This document shows positions 12,890-25,638 of a stretch of DNA of 64,000 nucleotides, piece by piece (position 1 is the stretch's first letter; every line of letters starts with the position of its first letter). The position numbers and the translations under genes are program-made. The notes under the pieces were generated by a model, which worked only from the letters and a program-made list of their open reading frames with translations, was not told where the DNA came from and made no database searches. The stretch is from Anaeramoeba ignava BMAN (Eukaryota > Protista > Anaeramoebae): assembly GCA_028826165.1 (NCBI GenBank), contig JAPDFW010000057.1:1-64000 (forward strand), written 5' to 3'.

Positions 12890-14667
12890 ATGAATGAAAT
12901 TATTTTTTTTGGTTCAAATGAATATCCAATTCTTATCAAAAATAAACCAGAAAAGAATAAAAACCAATTCAATTTAAATTTGAAAATGAAAATGAAAATG
13001 AAAATGAAAATGAAAAACAAATTAAACAAATTTCATCACATTTTATTTCAACAATTTTCCTTTTTGAAAATGGAAAAGCAATAGAATATTTAAGTGAGGA
13101 AGATTCAAAACAAAATCCTCAAAAAATCCAAATTAAAGAAAATATTCAAAAAGTAGCTGTTGGTTATCGAAATGAAGCTATTTTAACAATAGAAGGAAAT
13201 GTATTTGCCAAAGGAAGAATTATTAATTCAAAAAATCCAAATAAATTTATCAATATTTCATCATTAATCAAAAACAAGCATGACAGAATAATTGAAGATA
13301 TTGTTTGCGGACACGAATCAATTTACTTATTAACTTTAAATCATAATGCTTATGGAATTGGTTCAAATCTTTATTTTCAACTTGGATTTGATTCTAAAAA
13401 ACTTAAAAAAGCAAAAAAACCAATTTTAATAATGAAAAATGTTTCTAAAATATTTTCAGGAAATTCTTCACTTTCTCTGCTTATTTTAAATTCAAATCAA
13501 GAATTATTTGGATGCGGAAATAATGAAAATGGTCAACTTGGGTTAGGAAGAAAAGATCAATCAATCCAAAAATTAACCAAAATCCAAAATATTCCAAAAG
13601 GTAAAATAATTGATATTCAAACTGCAAACACTTTCTCAATAATGTTGATTGAAGATCAAAATGAAGATGAAAATGAAAACCCAAAAAGAAAACTTTATTC
13701 GTGTGGATATCATCGATTTAATGGGCTTGGCAAAAATGAAAATACTTATGAATTTACTGAAATCAAATCATCTTTATTTGAAAATGATGATAATATTCTT
13801 GAAATTTCTTGTGGAGATTATCATACTTTGATTTTAACTTCCAATTCAAAATTAATTGGATTTGGAGGGAATTTATATGGTCAATTAGGAAATGGAGATA
13901 CAGATGTACAATCAATTCCAATTCAAATTAAACTTCCTAAATTAAGATTTAATGAAGATATTTTCAATTATCATATTTCCTGTGGAGAATGTAATTCATT
14001 TCTTTATTATTATTATCCTTCTTTTTCCAATCTTGAAGAAGATTTGATAAAACTATTTGAAAGAAAAGAATTTTGTGATATTTCATTTAAAACAGAAAAT
14101 GGAGAAATAATTGAAGCTCATAAATTAATATTGAAATATAGATTAAAAGATGAAAATCAAAATGAAATTGAAAAACTTCAAGAAATTATTTCAAATAAAT
14201 CAATTAAAGAATCAAATCAAATATTTGAAATGATTTATTCAAACAGAATTATAAATCCAAAATTATATTCTGAAATTAAAAAAATTATAAATTCAAATGA
14301 AAAAATTGAAGAAACAATGAAAAGAATTTATTTAAATGAAAATGAAAAAGATTTTATAATTGAAAAAAATGAAAAACAATATAAATTTCCCAAATTAATA
14401 TTAATAATGAGAAGTGAATTATATCGAGGAATGTTTTTATCTGTAACAAATGATACTTCTAATAAAGTTACAGATTATAGTGAATTAAGTAATAAATCAT
14501 TTCAAATATTTGAATATTGGATTTATTCAAATCAAATTAAAAATGATATTAAAATTACACAAGAAATAATTGATGAAATTCAAATTGGAATTGATTATTT
14601 TCAATTAAATCAAACAAATCCAAATTTATTTGATTTATTAATTAATAAATTTAATAATCAAAATTAA
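12890..14667 (+). CDS. RCC1-repeat / tandem BTB protein, copy D (frameshift near 12955)
   Basis: Same start as B and C; near-identical to copy B after the frameshift. Confidence 0.88.
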
Positions 14668-14808
14668 AATTAAAATCAAAATCAAAATTTAAAAAGGAAA
14701 TTGATTTTTTTGATTTTTGGTTCATTTTTCTTCTTTTTGAAATTTGATTAAAAAAAAAAGGAATTGAGAAATTTAAAGAAATATTTAAAATAATGTTATG
14801 ATTTTAAG

Positions 14809-17800
14809 TCATTTCTCATCCCATTTAGGATCATTTGATTGATCAAAATTGAAATCATCTTCGAATTTGTTCTGGAAATCAATGTTCAAATTAAAAGAGT
14901 CTTGATTTGGTGTGTATCCATTTGTTTGAAAAGATTCATTAAGATTAGGTTGGAATGATTGAAAATTACCAAAATCACCAAATGCATCTTTTTCATCACC
15001 AAAAGTATTATCATCAAAAAAATTAGTTTGTTGTGAAGGTTTTTCTTCTGGTTTTTGAGTTTGAGTTGATGGGATTTTGGGATGAAAAACTTGATGATTA
15101 TCATCACTATCACTATCACTATCACTATCACTATCGAATCCATGCTGAAAAGAAAATGCAGTTGTACTTAGATCTTCAGTTTTTTTTTCAGGAAGATTTG
15201 TGATCATTTTTGGAGGATTAAATTCTTTTTTCTCAGTTGTTTTTGTTCCCTTTTTAATTTTACAATTTTTTGGAAATTTTTAAATTTGAAATGTTAAGTT
15301 TTTGATAAAATGTGAGTTTCTTGGATTTTACTTTAAATTTCTCTGCAAATCCTTCTTGATTTTCATCAATAAATGTTGTGAATTTAATTTCAGAAATGGA
15401 AATTTTAATTCCAATATCTTTTGATTCAATCGAGTTAATATTCACAAGATAGCTATCAATAAAATCTGTCCATTGAGGCAATTCTTTGAAAATTGTTTTT
15501 TTGTTTTGTTTTTAGAAATAAAATGATAAAAAAAAGATGTGAGATAAAAGATTACTTTTCACAAATTCGGAAAGGAAATTTTCTTTTAAGGAAAGAGAAA
15601 CAATGTTATTAGAAATATGGATTAAATGCTCGAAATAACCAATTGAGTTTTTTTTCTCTTTTCTAATTTCATTGTGTGTATTGAATTAATTTAATTTAAA
15701 TTTTTTTCAGTTAGAATTTATCAAAAATTAAGAATTCAAAATGAAAACCTTTTTTCTTCTGTTCCAATTTCATCAAGAATTTTATCAATTAACGAATGGT
15801 TTTCAATTAAAGTTTTTTGTGAATATTCAAATTTATCATCTGATAAAATTGTGTGAATAATTTCGTATACTTCATTATGAAGATGGTTGAACCATTTATA
15901 AGAAAAGAACAAACCCTAACAAAATTGAACCAAATTGAATAAGAATTGATTTTGATTTGTTTTGTAAATAAGGAAAAAAATTGAGTTGATTTTTTCACCA
16001 AAAGAGTTGCGAAAATTTTGTGTTCAGATAAAGTTTTTTGAATTTGCAAAACGGGAATTTTTGTCAATTCCCTCAAAAATTGAACAACACGTAATTTAGC
16101 TTCTGTAAAAGGAACAGTTGATGTTCCAGAGAAATTGATTTTTTTAGTTTCGGGCTTTTTTAATAAGCAAAAGAAATGAAAAATGATTGTTATTATAATT
16201 TCCTTATATATATATCTATATATCTATTTTTTTTTAGTTTTAAATATCTACTTGTTCATCAAGAAATTTAAGGAAAGAAGGTAATTTTGAGATGATTAAT
16301 TCAAGAGAGGATGGAATTTTTTCGTCTGATAAAGATAAATTTGAAAAATTCAAGGATTGAATGATCGTTGTTAATACGTTTATTCCATTTCGAATACTAT
16401 ATTTTGTTTTATTCTGAATTATAATTGAAGACGAAGACCAAAAAAAAGCAACAAAGAAAAATAATTTTGCAATAAGTAATTTCATTGGAATTTTTGGAAG
16501 ATTTGGATTCTCTTACTTCTTGAAAAATTTGGTCAATTAATTTTTGGATAATTTCATCTTTTTTCAGTTCATCCAATAAATCAGTTTGCTTTGATTTCTT
16601 TACTGTTTCTATTAGGCATCTTGAAGATTCTTCGTTGATCTTTGGATAAATTTAGAGAATATGAAAAAATTGTAAAATGTTTTTCAAAATGAAAAAAATT
16701 TACTGTAAATTTGAACTCTCCACTTAATTTTTCAAGAATTTTCGATAAAAGGTTATTTTGGATCAACAACTATATTAAAAAAAAAAACTGTTTAATTTAG
16801 AAAACTAAAAATACAAGAGATCAATTTACTTGAGTTTGTTCTTTTGAAATTTCTTCGTTAGTTGTTAAGAAGATCAAAATATCACAAAGAGGAGCATTTT
16901 CTATATTTTCAATTAATTTATCGAACATTTTATTTTTGTTCATATAACTAAAAGTCTTTGAAAAAAGAAAACAATTTGGAGTGAATTTTAGTAACTTATG
17001 AGATATCAAATCAAATTATTGGAAATGATAAAAAATAATAATAATACTTTTTCTGTGCATTTTTCCAGAAGAAAAATAACTAATCGTGAAAAATAACCAC
17101 AATAAACGGGTTTAAGAGGTTTTGGTTTTTCTAAGAAATTGAATAAGGAATTTAATAATTCTTCAGATTCGACAATTGCTTTAGCAATTTCATAGACTTT
17201 GCATCCAATTATTTGGTTAACTATGAATGGGAATCTTTGATTTTTGATTTTGATTTTGATTTTAATTTTAATTTTAATTTTAATTTTAATTTTAATTTTA
17301 ATTTTAATTTTAATTTTAATTTTAATTTCAATTATAATATTAATTTGATTTTAATTTGAATTTGAATTTGAATTTTGATTTTGAATTTGAATTTGAATTT
17401 GAATTTGAATTTGATTTTGATTTGATTTTGAATTTGAATTTGAATTTGAATTTAATTTTTATTTAAATTTTGAATTTGAATTTGATATTTAATTTTAATT
17501 TTAAATTTAAATTTGAATTTGAATTTGAATTTGAATTTGATTTTGATTTTGAATTTGAATTTAATTTTGAATTTGATTTTGAATTTGATTTTAATTTTGA
17601 ATTTGAATTTGAATTTGAATTTGATTTTAAATTTTAATTTGAATTTGAATTTGAATTTGAATTTGAATTTGATTTTGAATTTGATTTTGAATTTGAATTT
17701 TGATTTTGAATTTTGAATTTAAATTTGGATTTTATTTAAATTTGATTTTGAATTTAATTTTGATTTTAATTTTAATTTTGATTTTAAATTTGAATTTTAA

Positions 17801-18513
17801 TTTTAAATTTGAATTTCAATTTGAATTTGATTTTAATTTTAAATTTAATTTTAATTTTAATTTTAATTTTAATTTTAAATTTGATTTTAATTTTAAATTT
17901 AATTTTGATTTTAATTTTGATTTTAATTTGAATTTGAATTTAATTTTGATTTTAATTTGAATTTGAATTTGAATTTGAATATTAAATTTGAATTTTAATT
18001 TTAATTTTGAATTTGAATTTGATTTTGATATTGATTTTGATTTTAATTTTGAATTTGATTTGGATTTGATTTTGATTTTGAATTTGAATTTGATTTTGAA
18101 TTTGAATTTGATTTTGAAATTGAAATTGAAATTGAATTTGAATTTGAATTTGAATTTGAATTTGAATTTGAATTTGAAATTAAATTTTCTTTAAAAAAAA
18201 TATACTTTATTCTAATTTTTTCTGAAGAAGTTTTTAAAGGTTCATCAAGTAAATATTGTAATAATTTTGAAAGGGTATCTTTTTGAACAAGACTGAGAAA
18301 AAGAGAGTTAAAAAATATTTCATTATATTGTTTATAAATTGTGAATTAAAAAGAAAATATTAATTTATAGATAACAAACAAAGCAATAAGTTGTTTGTTA
18401 GCAACTAAAGTTTCTTGAATAACTTCCTCATCATCTAAAATTTCTTCAAGAGAAAAAGATTCTTTATCTAAAATTGATTGTAAAGAAGAAACAAAAGGAT
18501 TCCAATCCATCAT
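14809..18513 (-). CDS. SIT4-associated protein / PP6 regulatory subunit (SAPS family), about 12 exons
   Basis: Spliced translation: MMDWNPF..SILDKESFSLEEILDDEEVIQE..NKQLIAFL..KFPFIVNQII..GYFSRLV..LFFSYKWFNHLHNEV..SIGYFEHLIHISN..QWTDFI, then an acidic tail. All junctions are GT-AG. Confidence 0.88.
17236..18185 (-). repeat. Intronic hexamer array (sense strand AAATTC/AAAATC/AAAATT)
   Basis: Fills SAPS intron 17235-18205. Confidence 0.95.
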
Positions 18514-18814
18514 AAAATTAGAAAATGGGAAAATGAAAAAAAATGGAAAAATGAAAAAAAATTTTTAATTAATTTTTTTTTTCTCCTTTTTTTAATTAAA
18601 ATTTTTTTTTTCTCCTTTTTGTTTTTTTATATCATTTAACGTCATCATTTCATATTTTTTTGAATAAAAACTTTTTATTTAAAAAATTAAAATGAGAAAA
18701 ATAAAAACAAATTAAAAAGAAATAAAATTTAAAAGATAAATTCTCTTTTCCAACTTTTTTTCCTAAATTTTTTAATTTCATTTTTTTTTTTACATTTTTA
18801 TTTAAAAATAAACA

Positions 18815-21800
18815 ATGTCACGTAAAATGATTTTAAGAGTTCCTAAGTTTCAAGAACCAAAAAGAATGGAAAAATCTGAAGCGCAAAGATTATGGTTACT
18901 ATTGAAAGATGCTATTGTCGAAGTGCAACATATGAATGCATCAACACTTTCTTTTGAAGAACTTTATCGATCCTCTTATTCACTTGTAATTGCAAAACGA
19001 GGAGATATATTGTATACAGGTCTTGAGGAGGTTAATAATCATCACACTAAAAATTTATTAGATAAAATTGCTCAAGCTGTTGATGAACGATTTTTGATTG
19101 AGCTTAATAGTCAATGGCAACAATATAAACTCCAACAAATTATGATACATGATATTTTAATGTATCTTGTAAGTATTATTATTATTTATTTTTATTTTTT
19201 TCACACTTTTTATTTTCAATTTAATTAAAATTTATTTATAATTTAATTGTAATTTATTTAAAATTTATTATAATTTAATTAAAATTTATTTAGAATTTAA
19301 TTAGAATTTATTTAAATTTATTTATAATTTATTTAGAATTTATTTATAATTTATTAAAATTTATTTAGAATTTATTTATAATTTATTTATAATTTATTTA
19401 TAATTTATTTATAATTTATTTATAATTTATTTAGAATTTATTTATAATTTATTTATAATTTATTTATAATTTATTTATAATTTAATTAGAGTTTTATTTA
19501 AAATTTAATTAAAATTTAATTAAAATTTATTTAAAATTTATTTATAATTTATTTAAAATTTAATTAAAATTTTTATTTAAATTAATTTAGATTTTTAAAA
19601 TTAAAATTGATTAGAATTTATTTAAAATTAATTTTAAATTTAATTAGAATTTATTTAAAATTAATTAAAATTTATTTAGAATTTATTTATAATTTAATTA
19701 AAATTTATTTAAAATTTAATTATAATTTATTTATAATTTATTTAGAATTTATTTATAATTTATTAAAATTTATTTAGAATTTATTTATAATTTATTTAAA
19801 ATTTATTTAAAATTTAATTAAAATTTATTTAAAATTTAATTAAAATTTATTTATAATTTTAATTTATTTATAATTTATTTATAATTTATTTAAAATTTAA
19901 TTATAATTTAATTAGAATTTATTTAAAATTTAATTAGAATTTAATTAGAATTTAATTATAATTTATTTAGAATTTAATTAAAATTTAATTAAAATTTAAT
20001 TAGAATTAATTAAAAATTAATTTAAATTTATTTATAATTTATTTAAAATTGATTTATAATTTATTTATAATTTATTTAAAATTTATTTATAATTTATTTA
20101 TAATTTATTTAAAATTTATTTTTAATTTATAATTTATTTATAATTTAATTAGAATTGATTTAAATTTAATTAAAATTTATTTAAAATTTAATTAGAATTT
20201 AATTAAAATTTATTTATAATTTATTTATAATTTAATTAGAATTTATTTTCAATTTATTTAAAATTTATTTATAATTTAATTATAATTTAATTAAAATTTA
20301 ATTAGAATTTAATTAAAATTTATTTAAATTTATTTAAAATTGATTTAAAATTTATTTATAATTTATTTAAAATTTATTTAAAATTTAATTAGAATTTAAT
20401 TAAAATTTATTTAAAATTTAATTAAAATTTATTTAAAATTTATTTTAAAATTTAATTAAAATTTATTTAAAAATTGATTTATAATTTATTTATAATTTAT
20501 TTATAATTTATTTATAATTGATTTATAATTTATTTATAATTGATTTATAATTTATTTATAATTGATTTATAATTTATTTATAATTTAATTATAATTTATT
20601 TATAATTTAATTATAATTTATTTATAATTTATTTAGAATTTATTTAAAATTTATTTATAATTTATTTATAATTTATTTAAATTTATTTATAATTTAATTA
20701 GAATTTAATTATAATTTAATTATAATTTATTAAAATTTATTTATAATTTAATTAGAATTAATTAAAATTTATTTATAATTTATTTAAAATTTATTTATAA
20801 TTTATTTATAATTTAATTAGAATTTATTTTCAATTTATTTAAAATTTATTTATAATTTAATTATAATTTAATTAAAATTTAATTAGAATTTAATTATAAT
20901 TTATTTTAAAATTTATTTAGAATTTAATTAGAATTTATTTAAAATTTAATTAGAATTTATTTAAAATTTATTTAAAATTTATTTAAAATTTATTTATAAT
21001 TTATTTAAAATTTATTTAAAATTTATTTAAAATTTATTTTCAATTTAATTAAAATTTAATTAGAATTTAATTATAATTTATTTAAAATTTATTTAAAATT
21101 TATTTAGAATTTAATTAGAATTTAATTAGAATTTATTTAAAATTTAATTAGAATTTATTTAAAATTTATTTAAAATTTAATTAGAATTTATTTAAAATTT
21201 ATTTAAAATTTAATTAGAATTTAATTAAAATTTATTTAAAATTTATTTAAAATTTATTTAAAATTTATTTAAAAATTTATTTAAAATTTATTTAAAATTT
21301 ATTTTCAATTTAATTAAAATTTAATTAGAATTTAATTATAATTTATTTAAAATTTATTTAAAATTTATTTAGAATTTATTTAAAATTTATTTAAAATTTA
21401 TTTAAAATTTATTTAAAATTTATTTAAAATTTAATTAAAATTTATTTAAAATTTAATTAAAATTTATTTATAATTTAATTATAATTTAATTATAATTTAT
21501 TTAAAATTTAATTAAAATTTATTTAAAATTTAATTATAATTTAATTATAATTTATTTAAAATTTAATTAAAATTTAATTAAAATTTATTTATAATTTATT
21601 TATAATTTATTTATAATTTAATTAAAATTTATTTAAAATTTATTTAAAATTTATTTAAAATTTATTTAAAATTGATTTAAAATTTAATTAAAATTCTCAT
21701 TTTTTTGATAAACAGGATAGAATGTATGTTAAAGAACCCCAACTGAAGGTTTTTGATCTCGGGATGTTTAAATGGAAACAAAATGTACTTATTCATTCTC

Positions 21801-24259
21801 AAATTAATGATCGTTTAGTTCGTATGCTTCTTGGATTAATCCATATGGAAAGAAATGGAGAAGTTATTGATGGAGCTTTAATGAAAAGTTTAATTCAAGT
21901 AAAGAAAAAAATTTAATTGAAAAAAAAAAAGAAAAAAAAAGCAAAAAAAATTAATTGAAATTTTTTTTTGCTTTTGGAATCCATTTTTAAATATTTTGTG
22001 CTTGAAATGAATTTAATAACAATATTTTAGATGTATGTTGATGTTTCGTTAAAAGAAAAAGAAACTTATAAACAAGAATTTGAAGAAAGATTTTTACTTG
22101 CCACATCACATTTTTATAAATCTGAAAGCAATTTATTCATTACAAACAATTCATGTGGAGCATATTTGAAAAAAGTATTTTGATATTTAGTTTAGAAATT
22201 AAGCAAAAAGAAATAATGAAAGAAAGAATTTTAAGAATCAATATTAAAATTAATTTAAAAATTTATTTATAAATTTATTTAAAAATTTATTTATAAATTT
22301 ATTTGAAAGTTTATTTAAAAATTTATTTAAAAATTAATTTAAAAATTTATTTATAAATTTATTTATAAGTTTATTTATAAATTTATTTAAAAATTTATTT
22401 AAAAATTTATTTATAAATTTATTTAAAAATTTATTTAAAAATTTATTTAAAAATTTATTTAAAAATTTATTTATAAATTTATTTAAAAATTTATTTAAAA
22501 ATTTATTTAAAAATTTATTTAAAAATTTATTTAAAAATTTAAAAATTTATTTGAAAGTTTATTTATAAATTTATTTAAAAATTTATTTAAAAATTAATTT
22601 AAAAATTTATTTAAGAATTTATATAAAAATTTATTTAAAATTTATTTAAAAATTTATTTAAAAATTTATTTATAATTTATTTGAAAATTTATTTGAAAAT
22701 TTATTTAAAAATTTAATTATAAATTAAAGGTCGAAATTCGACTCATAGAAGAAGAAGCAAGAATTAAACAATACTTAGATGAATCAACAGGACCTAAACT
22801 CATCAAGGCATGCGAAGACGAATTGATCGCAAATCACATGCAAACAATGATTGAAATGGAAACAGGATGCCGAACAATGATACAAAATGACCGATTCAAC
22901 GAACTGAAACTGATGTACAGACTCTTCCAAAGAGTTGAGAATGGACTGGTTCACTTGAAAAATGAGTTTGCAGGATATGTCCGAAACGAAGGACATAAAA
23001 TCGTGAACCAACCAGAAAACTTGAAGGATCCAAACGCATTGATTACCTCACTAATCGAAATACGGAATCGATTTGAAAAAACACTGTCACAATCATTTGC
23101 AAACAACCGTGATTTTATCAACTCTGTGAACACTGCATTCGAATCATTTTTGAATGAAAACGACAAACTTTCGGAATCACTTGCATTGTTTATCGACAAG
23201 AAATTGCGAGGCGGATTCAAAGACTCAAACGATCAAGAAATCGATGTGATCATGAACAAAGTGATCCTTCTTTTCCGATTTCTTTCTGATAAGGATGTTT
23301 TCAAGAAATTTTACGAGCATTATCTCGCAAAGCGTCTGCTGTCTGGGAGAAGTTTTTCGGAGGATCTTGAGCGGACAATGATCTCGAAATTCAAGCAGGA
23401 ATGCGGGAATCAATTCACATCCAAGATGGAAGGGATGTTCACAGACATGCGGCTGTCAAAAGACGCACTTGATGGATTTAAGAACTATTTACAAACAAGT
23501 GTTGAAATGGGAAAGCTTCCAAAAATTGACATGTCTGTGCGGGTTTTAACGCAGGGTTTCTGGCCAACATTCCCGCCACATTCTTGCACACTTCCGCCAC
23601 TTTTATCGCAATATTGCGACTTGTTCACCAAATATTACTGCCACGCTCACACAGGCAGAAGAATCATTTGGCAAACCAACATTGGGACTGCCGAGGTCAC
23701 CTTCCGCTTGCCCAAGAAAACTCATGTTCTCGCACTTTCAACATATCAGATGCTCATCATGCTTCTTTTTAACGACGCAGAGAAGCTTAGTCTCAAGCAA
23801 ATGGCGGCTGGAACATCCATCTCTTTTATGGATATTCAACGCTCAGTGAAACCGTTATATTCGGGAAAATATAAAGTTCTCAAACGCACACCTGCTGTTG
23901 AGAAATCAAAAGAACTTTCCGAAAACGATATTTTCGAACTCAATTTGAATCTCAAGTGCAAACTTCATCGGATCAAATTCGCCGCAACCTCACAAACAGA
24001 CAGCGAACCAGAGCGCCAGCATACTCGTCAGCGTGTTGATGAAGACAGGAAAATTGAGATCGATGCCGCTATTGTTCGTATTATGAAAAGTCGCAAAGCT
24101 TTGATTCATAATGACTTGATTGTCGAGTGCACTAAGCAGCTTTCTTCTCGTTTTGTTCCTCAAACTAGTATGATTAAAAAGAGAATTGAAAATTTGATCG
24201 AAAGAGAATATCTTGAAAGATTTCCTGATGATCGTAGAAGATATCGTTATTTGGCTTAG
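18815..24259 (+). CDS. CUL3: Cullin-3, exons 18815-19168, 21716-21898, 22031-22174, 22730-24259
   Basis: LSFEELYRSSYSLVI.K.G..LY.GL; IHDILMYL|DRMYV; DKDVFKKFYEHYLAKRLL; KMEGMFTDM; IDAAIVRIMKSRK neddylation motif; IKKRIENLIEREYLER..YRYLA. Confidence 0.93.
19215..21695 (+). repeat. Intronic ~11-nt tandem array (AATTTATTTAA / AATTTATTTAT / AATTTAATTAG), about 2.5 kb
   Basis: Fills CUL3 intron 19169-21715. Confidence 0.95.
22250..22720 (+). repeat. Intronic ~12-nt tandem array (AATTTATTTAAA)
   Basis: Fills CUL3 intron 22175-22729. Confidence 0.93.
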
Positions 24260-24607
24260 TTTGCTTTTCCTTCTTTCTTCTTTTTTTTTTTCTTTTTCTT
24301 TTTCTTTTTTCTTTCTCAATTTTCTTTCTCAATTTTCATTTTAATTTTCAAAGCATAACTATTTGGAATTGACAAACAATTTGTCATTTTTGATTTGATT
24401 TTTTTTTACTTTTTTTTTTCTTCTTCCTTTCCTTTTCCTTTTCTTTTTTTTTTGGAGAAAATAATTTTTTTTTTTTGATAAAAGCAAAATCGATCCAAAA
24501 AATATCCAAATTTTTTAAATAATTTTTTTATTAATTTTAAATTAAATTTTTTTTGAAACAACAAAAGTTTGATTTGTTTTTGTTTTCATTTTCGTTTTTG
24601 TTTGTTT

Positions 24608-25399
24608 TCATTTTCGTTTTTGTTCATCTTCAAAACCTTGGACTGTTAAATAAGCACCTTTGAAATCAGCAGAAAAAGATCCAAAATAAAAAATAATGCC
24701 AATAAGACTGCAAAATTGAAGTAAAGCCATGATAATTGTGTTTGTTTCTGCAAATTTTTTCATTTCTTCAAGAGTTTTTGCTCTTTTCAAAACACTTGAA
24801 GAATAGAAAAGAATAACAAAACTGCCTAAAAACCCAATCAGATGCATCACAAGAAACCCAATTCTCGCAAGGAAGACAGAAATATTTTGCTTCCAATCAC
24901 GAGTTAAATACATCAAAAGAATAACGGAAATCATGTGCACAAGAGAACTAACAAACAAAGCGCTTGCAGATTGCAAATGGACTCGGGATTCTAGTGTGAG
25001 AACAAAGGGCTGATGCTGGTTTTCTCGGATCGTCAAGAAATCGGGTTGAAGAGGAACAACCGATTGAATCATGATGCAAATCCCGGCAATTGTCCCACTA
25101 ATCAAAATCAATGTTCTCAGTGATTTGTATCTAGGCCATCGCATTTTATGTGTCTTGTTAATCAGAAACGAAAAGAAAACAAACGAAATTCCAATCATTG
25201 GAAAGAAACTCACTGCAATGTATCTTTCTGGTGCTTGATTTTCAGTTAAAGATACTGTTGTGATTGCTGAATCAAAATGTTTGTAATATTTCCCCACAAC
25301 TTGGCAACCAATAATCGTTACAATCCCTAAAATCACAAGAATTCGCATAAACACTTTAATTGAAAGTCGAAACTTGATATTTTGGTTAAAGGTTTTCAT
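24608..25399 (-). CDS. Six-TM Frag1/DRAM/Sfk1 (PGAP2-like) membrane protein
   Basis: Six hydrophobic segments; TTVSLT..APERYI; VHLQSASALFVSSLVHM; ATG at 25399. Confidence 0.6.
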   Translation of the reverse strand: MKTFNQNIKFRLSIKVFMRILVILGIVTIIGCQVVGKYYKHFDSAITTVSLTENQAPERYIAVSFFPMIGISFVFFSFLINKTHKMRWPRYKSLRTLILISGTIAGICIMIQSVVPLQPDFLTIRENQHQPFVLTLESRVHLQSASALFVSSLVHMISVILLMYLTRDWKQNISVFLARIGFLVMHLIGFLGSFVILFYSSSVLKRAKTLEEMKKFAETNTIIMALLQFCSLIGIIFYFGSFSADFKGAYLTVQGFEDEQKRK

Positions 25400-25638
25400 T
25401 AAAGAAAATGAAAGAAAAAAAATGAAAAACAAGAAAATAAAAAAAGAAAAAATCTAAAATTGTTTTTGTTTTGTTTTTTTTTTTGTTTTTTATTCAATTT
25501 CCATTCAAAAAACCAATTAGAAAAAAGAAGAAAAAAGAGAAAAAAGAGAATTGAAGTAAGAAAAAAAAAGAGAATTGAAGTAAAAAAAAAAAAAGAGAAT
25601 GGAAATGAAAAAAAAAGAATTGAATTGAATTGATTAGA

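Noticed and set aside
12500-12970. Programmed frameshifting or phase variation in RCC1-BTB copies C and D
   Set aside because: The shifts fall in or beside A-runs of near-identical paralogs, where long-read consensus errors are expected; cannot be supported without reads.
18639-18644. ACGTCA CRE-like site in the SAPS/CUL3 divergent promoter (also 39133-39138)
   Set aside because: Only two 6-mers; insufficient evidence.
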